A DNA stretch of 64,000 nucleotides from the human T2T-CHM13v2.0 reference genome, Homo sapiens, in assembly GCF_009914755.1 (NCBI RefSeq), contig NC_060938.1. One strand, written 5' to 3'. The position numbers and the translations under genes are program-made. Positions 58,870 to 64,000 of the stretch are shown piece by piece (positions within the stretch are counted from its first letter, which is position 1; each line of letters starts with the position of its first letter). The notes below the pieces were generated by a model that worked only from the letters and a program-made list of their open reading frames with translations, made no database searches and was not told the origin of the DNA.

Positions 58870-59430
58870 CTGCCATTTCTCAGCCCTCTTGCTTGCGGCT
58901 AGCATAAGGAAACTGGAAAAGTCAAGTCATATTCATGTTTTCCCAGTCTCCCTTGCAGCTAAGGGCAGCCATATGACCCAAGGTGGGCCAGGAGGATGTG
59001 AGGGGGGCTTCTGGGATGTTCTGCTTTGCTGTTAGGACACAGGTGTGGAAGAGAGAGAGGTGAAAGAGAGAGAGGTGCCTCCTGAATGCAGCTCTAGGTT
59101 GAGCACCCCTAACCTTACTAAAATGCTCATTGGAGCATTTCCTTTGAATGTCACATTGGCAGTCAAAAAGTTTCGAATTTTGGAGCACTTCAAATTTCAG
59201 ATGAGGGCTACTCAACCCACGTATGCCTGGAGCTCTAGGAAGCATCTTACAATCATGAGGCCAACCTGACATGCTGAGGGGTGAGGAACTGAGGGATGGA
59301 AAGAGCTTGTCCTTGAAGACACAACTGAACAACAAATCCAGTTCCAGCAACCACTTCATTTTCTCAAGTAACTTCTTATGTGAAAAAGAAGGCTCTTATT
59401 AGTTTAAGGCACTGTTAAATCTAGATTTCT
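58870..59430 (+). mobile_element. LTR16/LTR33-like ERVL LTR containing a Tigger4 fragment (~59095-59222)
   Basis: ttcccagtctcccttgcagctaagg...ccatatgacc hallmark; inner ggttgagcaccc...actcaacc. Confidence 0.6.
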
Positions 59431-59725
59431 GGCTGGGCATGGTGGCTAATGCGTGTAATCCCAGCACTTTGGGAGGCTGAGGCAGGTAGATCACTTGAGG
59501 TCAGGAGTCCAGGACCAGCCTGGCCAACATGGCGAAATTCCACCTCTGCTAAAAATACAAAAGTTAGCCAGGTGTGGTGGCGGGCACATGTAATCCCAGC
59601 TACTCAGGAGGCTGTGGCAGGAGAACTGCTTGAACCCGGGAGGTGGAGGCTGCAGTACAAAAAAGTAGTTTAAGTGATCCTTCATTTCCTTTTCATCTTT
59701 ATTTAAAAATCCCTCATGCCTGTTA

Positions 59726-60057
<332 letters not shown>

Positions 60058-61024
60058 TTATGTACAGCTTAATTTACCTAAATCACTTTTATAATTACAA
60101 AAATTTTTTAAACACAACTGAGCTTTAGTCAATCTGAGTTCTGTTCCACTAGCATTTTGTGCTTCTCCATCCCTATCAAATAGATTCTTCTTCATAAGGC
60201 TAGAACAGAAAGAGAAAAAATAGGAATGAATTAGCATGTATCTAAAGCCGAAAGACCCAAATGACATGTCCTATTGATAACACAGAATGGTAACAAGCTC
60301 TAAACACAAAATATGTTATTTTATAGTAGCTCTCTGTTGTCAGATTTTGGGAGAAAAAGTTTCCTTTCCTCTTAAGAAGGCTCTTCATTTGTGAAGCCTG
60401 TGTGCCAGAATACGTTACATTAAAAAAAAAAATGACGTTCTTTGACAACAGTCTTTCTGTCCAAAAGAAAAGGAAAATGCAACAAAAACTTCATTTAATT
60501 ATTACACAGAAGCACTGATCTGAAAGTGCGTTTTTGGAAGAAAAAATTATTACACAGAAGCATTTTCTCAAGAGTTAAATTATAAAAGAAAGATAATTTT
60601 TACCAAATAAAAAGCTTGGAAATGATGTCAGTGTTCAGCAAAAGTAGGTTATTTCCCTTTAAATAGTGTTCTGCTGGTCTTGGATCACTGTCCTTTTTCA
60701 GTGTTTGGCACACCCTTCACATTTACTTGGTAACCTTAGGTAACAACATATTTTGGTAGCAATGGAAATGTCCTCATCTTTCTTAGTTTTAATTCTACTG
60801 CTCGTACAGTAAGTAAGCAAAAGCCACAAGAGTAGATACAAGAGAGTTAAATTAATTAAGGGGAAATATTTAATAACTTGGGTTGAAAATCAACTAATCC
60901 AAAATAATTAACAGAAAAAACCCTAATTATTCCTGGGAAGAGTTATATACTGTCACTTCAGTGTTCAGTTTCAGTGGTGAAAAAAGAAAAAAATAAACCA
61001 CTAATGTTTCCCATAATGTAATTC

Positions 61025-61722
<698 letters not shown>

Positions 61723-63605
61723 TTAAATTATGTATTAAATATGCATTTATTAAATATATATTACATTATTATTTAAGACCAATTAGCTGTTTTCTTATTT
61801 ACTTTTGTAGCCAAACCTCAATTGTGTAACTGTTTGACTGGATCTTTACACCCTAGTTTTTCTCCTGGTTTCCTCCAAATGGAGACCCCATCCTAGGAAC
61901 CCTGCTCTGTGATATTGACCCCCACCCTACCCCCAGTTCTTCATGATGTTAAGTAGACTGCAGCACAGAGCCTGCTATCAGATACCCCCCTTCCCTGTCG
62001 TGCTGCCAGCATGAGAAGACATCTATCTATTCACACATGTCAAGTACTTGGACTCTCACCAAATACTGTGATCATCTAAATTTTATGTACCTCCTAGATT
62101 TCTGAAATCTGTGCCCTTGGTATCTGCTCCTTCATGTAAACACGACTAGTCTATAAAGCACAACCCCTTTTGTTTTCGACAATTTCATAATCAAGTGCCT
62201 TAGTTCTTGGAGTATTCTCTAATATATCTACAAATAAAATTACCACTCATTAAGACCCTCTCTTTTCTGCAGGAAAGACTTTAGTCTTATAATTTGTCAA
62301 AATATTATGTAAATTTCTACCCATTAATACTGACAGTTCACAGACCCTTAACAGCTGTTAAGACTGTTTAGAGGAAATATAATGTAACTACCCAGTGAAG
62401 CAGAAATTCCCTGAACATCCTGTAACAGATCACTACTTTTTTTTTTTTTTTTTGAGACAGAGTCTTACTCTGTTGCCCAGGCTGGAAAGCAGTGGTGTCA
62501 TCATGGCTCACTGCGACCTCCACCTCCCGGTTCAAGCGATTCTCCTGCCTCAGCCTCTCAAACAGTTGGGACCACAGGTGTGTGCCACCATGCCCGGCTA
62601 CTTTTTGTATTTTTAGTAGAGACAGTGTTTCACCATGTTGGCCAAGCTGGTCTTGAACTCCTGGCCTCAAGTGATCTGCCTGCCTTGGCCTCCCAAAGCG
62701 CTGGGATTACAGGTGTGAGCCACCATGCCTGGCCATAGATCATTACTTTCCATTCGATCCCAGTGATAGGATTAACTGATCCTTATTTCTTTATTCCATC
62801 ATTTTTTTCCTCTTATTCATTCAATTAATGTTCTCTAAGGTCATGCCCTATGCTGAGAATACAAAGATGGAAAGGCATGTTTCTGACTTTAGAAGTTTAC
62901 ATTCTAGAGATAAACAAAAACATAAAAAGCTAAAAGTGATTTTGATCCTTGAATGAAAGATAGCTTTCTTTTCTTGTTTATACAAATATTACATATTAAA
63001 TTGTTAAAAACAGCAACAACAAACGATTGCAAAAGTGTAAGAACACAACTGGGGATAAAAAGCACAAACTTGAAATATCACCCCGAGATAACCTCTGTCA
63101 ACATTCTAGTGAAATACCTCTGAGTATATCTCTAGGTGGATATTTAAACATAAATGGGATAATGTAGACATGCTTACTACATAGTATCTTTTTGTAACCT
63201 AAATTTCTAACATTGCAAACGCAAAATTCTAACACTATGAGATCCCTCGGGAGTAAATGGGCCAATATACTCAATGCATGGATGAGCGCTCTCACTGGAT
63301 ATGGCTTCTCTGTCCTTAGAAGCTAGATGTTGCTACCACTTCTGCCACTAGAATGAGGTATTTGTTATCCTGGCTTGAGTCACGAGTTCCTGATTCAAAG
63401 TTCTAGGAGACATTTTCTGATGTGCATGTAACCTAGACTTGGCCAACTGCCTGCACTCTATCTATGAGGAGGGTTGGGAAACAACTATCTGGACTTTATG
63501 GTTTCTGTAGGAGGGAGGTGGGCTTTGTCTCACATTTTGGAAATGTCATAAGATATGACATTTCCAAACACAGAGCCTGAAGTTCAATGCCATGCAGCCA
63601 AAAAC

Positions 63606-63606
<1 letters not shown>

Positions 63607-63638
<32 letters not shown>
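63607..63638. repeat. (TAG)n microsatellite
   Basis: About 10-11 GTA units. Confidence 0.95.
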
Positions 63639-63639
<1 letters not shown>

Positions 63640-64000
63640 ATGAAAGACCAACCACCCACTACAGATATATTTAGGAAGGTGGAGCAGTGTTAGCGTAACA
63701 ACCTGAAAATCTTCTCAACATCTAACTTCATTCTATACAGCAGAGTGTGGAATGAAGAATTAATGCATAAAACATTTTATAGGAAAAAAGTGACGAGATT
63801 TGATGACAGGATGCCAGTGAAGATAGGTATAAGGAAGTAAGGTATAAGGAGCTCCAGATTCTTGTCTCAGAGAGTGACAAGAACCACATAGGTAGGTTCT
63901 TGTCTGTCTCTGCGTGATCTTGGGCAAGTCACTCCCTAAGCTCCATTTGGTTAAAATTCCCATGCATTCTTGAGTTAAAGGCGCTAGCAATTAAAACAAA

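Overview
Primate (very probably human, chr14q22) genomic DNA containing the 3' two-thirds of FERMT2 (kindlin-2) on the minus strand. Twelve coding exons (canonical exons 4-15, ~N131 to the C-terminal ...YKLTSGWV) were mapped to GT/AG boundaries and join in frame. The window also holds two in-frame microexons (33 nt in the F1 loop; 21 nt PGYIRDL), an intronic poly(A) option in the last intron and a ~1.1 kb 3'UTR with several miRNA seeds. The rest is mostly interspersed repeats (roughly 50 Alus, L1/HAL1, L2, MIR, Tigger, MER58, MaLR/ERVL LTRs), and most ORFs in the supplied track are Alu artefacts. The most striking unexplained feature is at ~20739-22146 (+), antisense within FERMT2 intron 10. 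It looks like a decayed, intronless RING-finger gene with motifs collinear with RNF168/RNF169. Its RING domain is split by a ~400 bp LTR, and removing the LTR plus one target-site copy restores the reading frame. Repeat subfamily names, exon numbers and protein comparisons are from memory and have not been checked by search.
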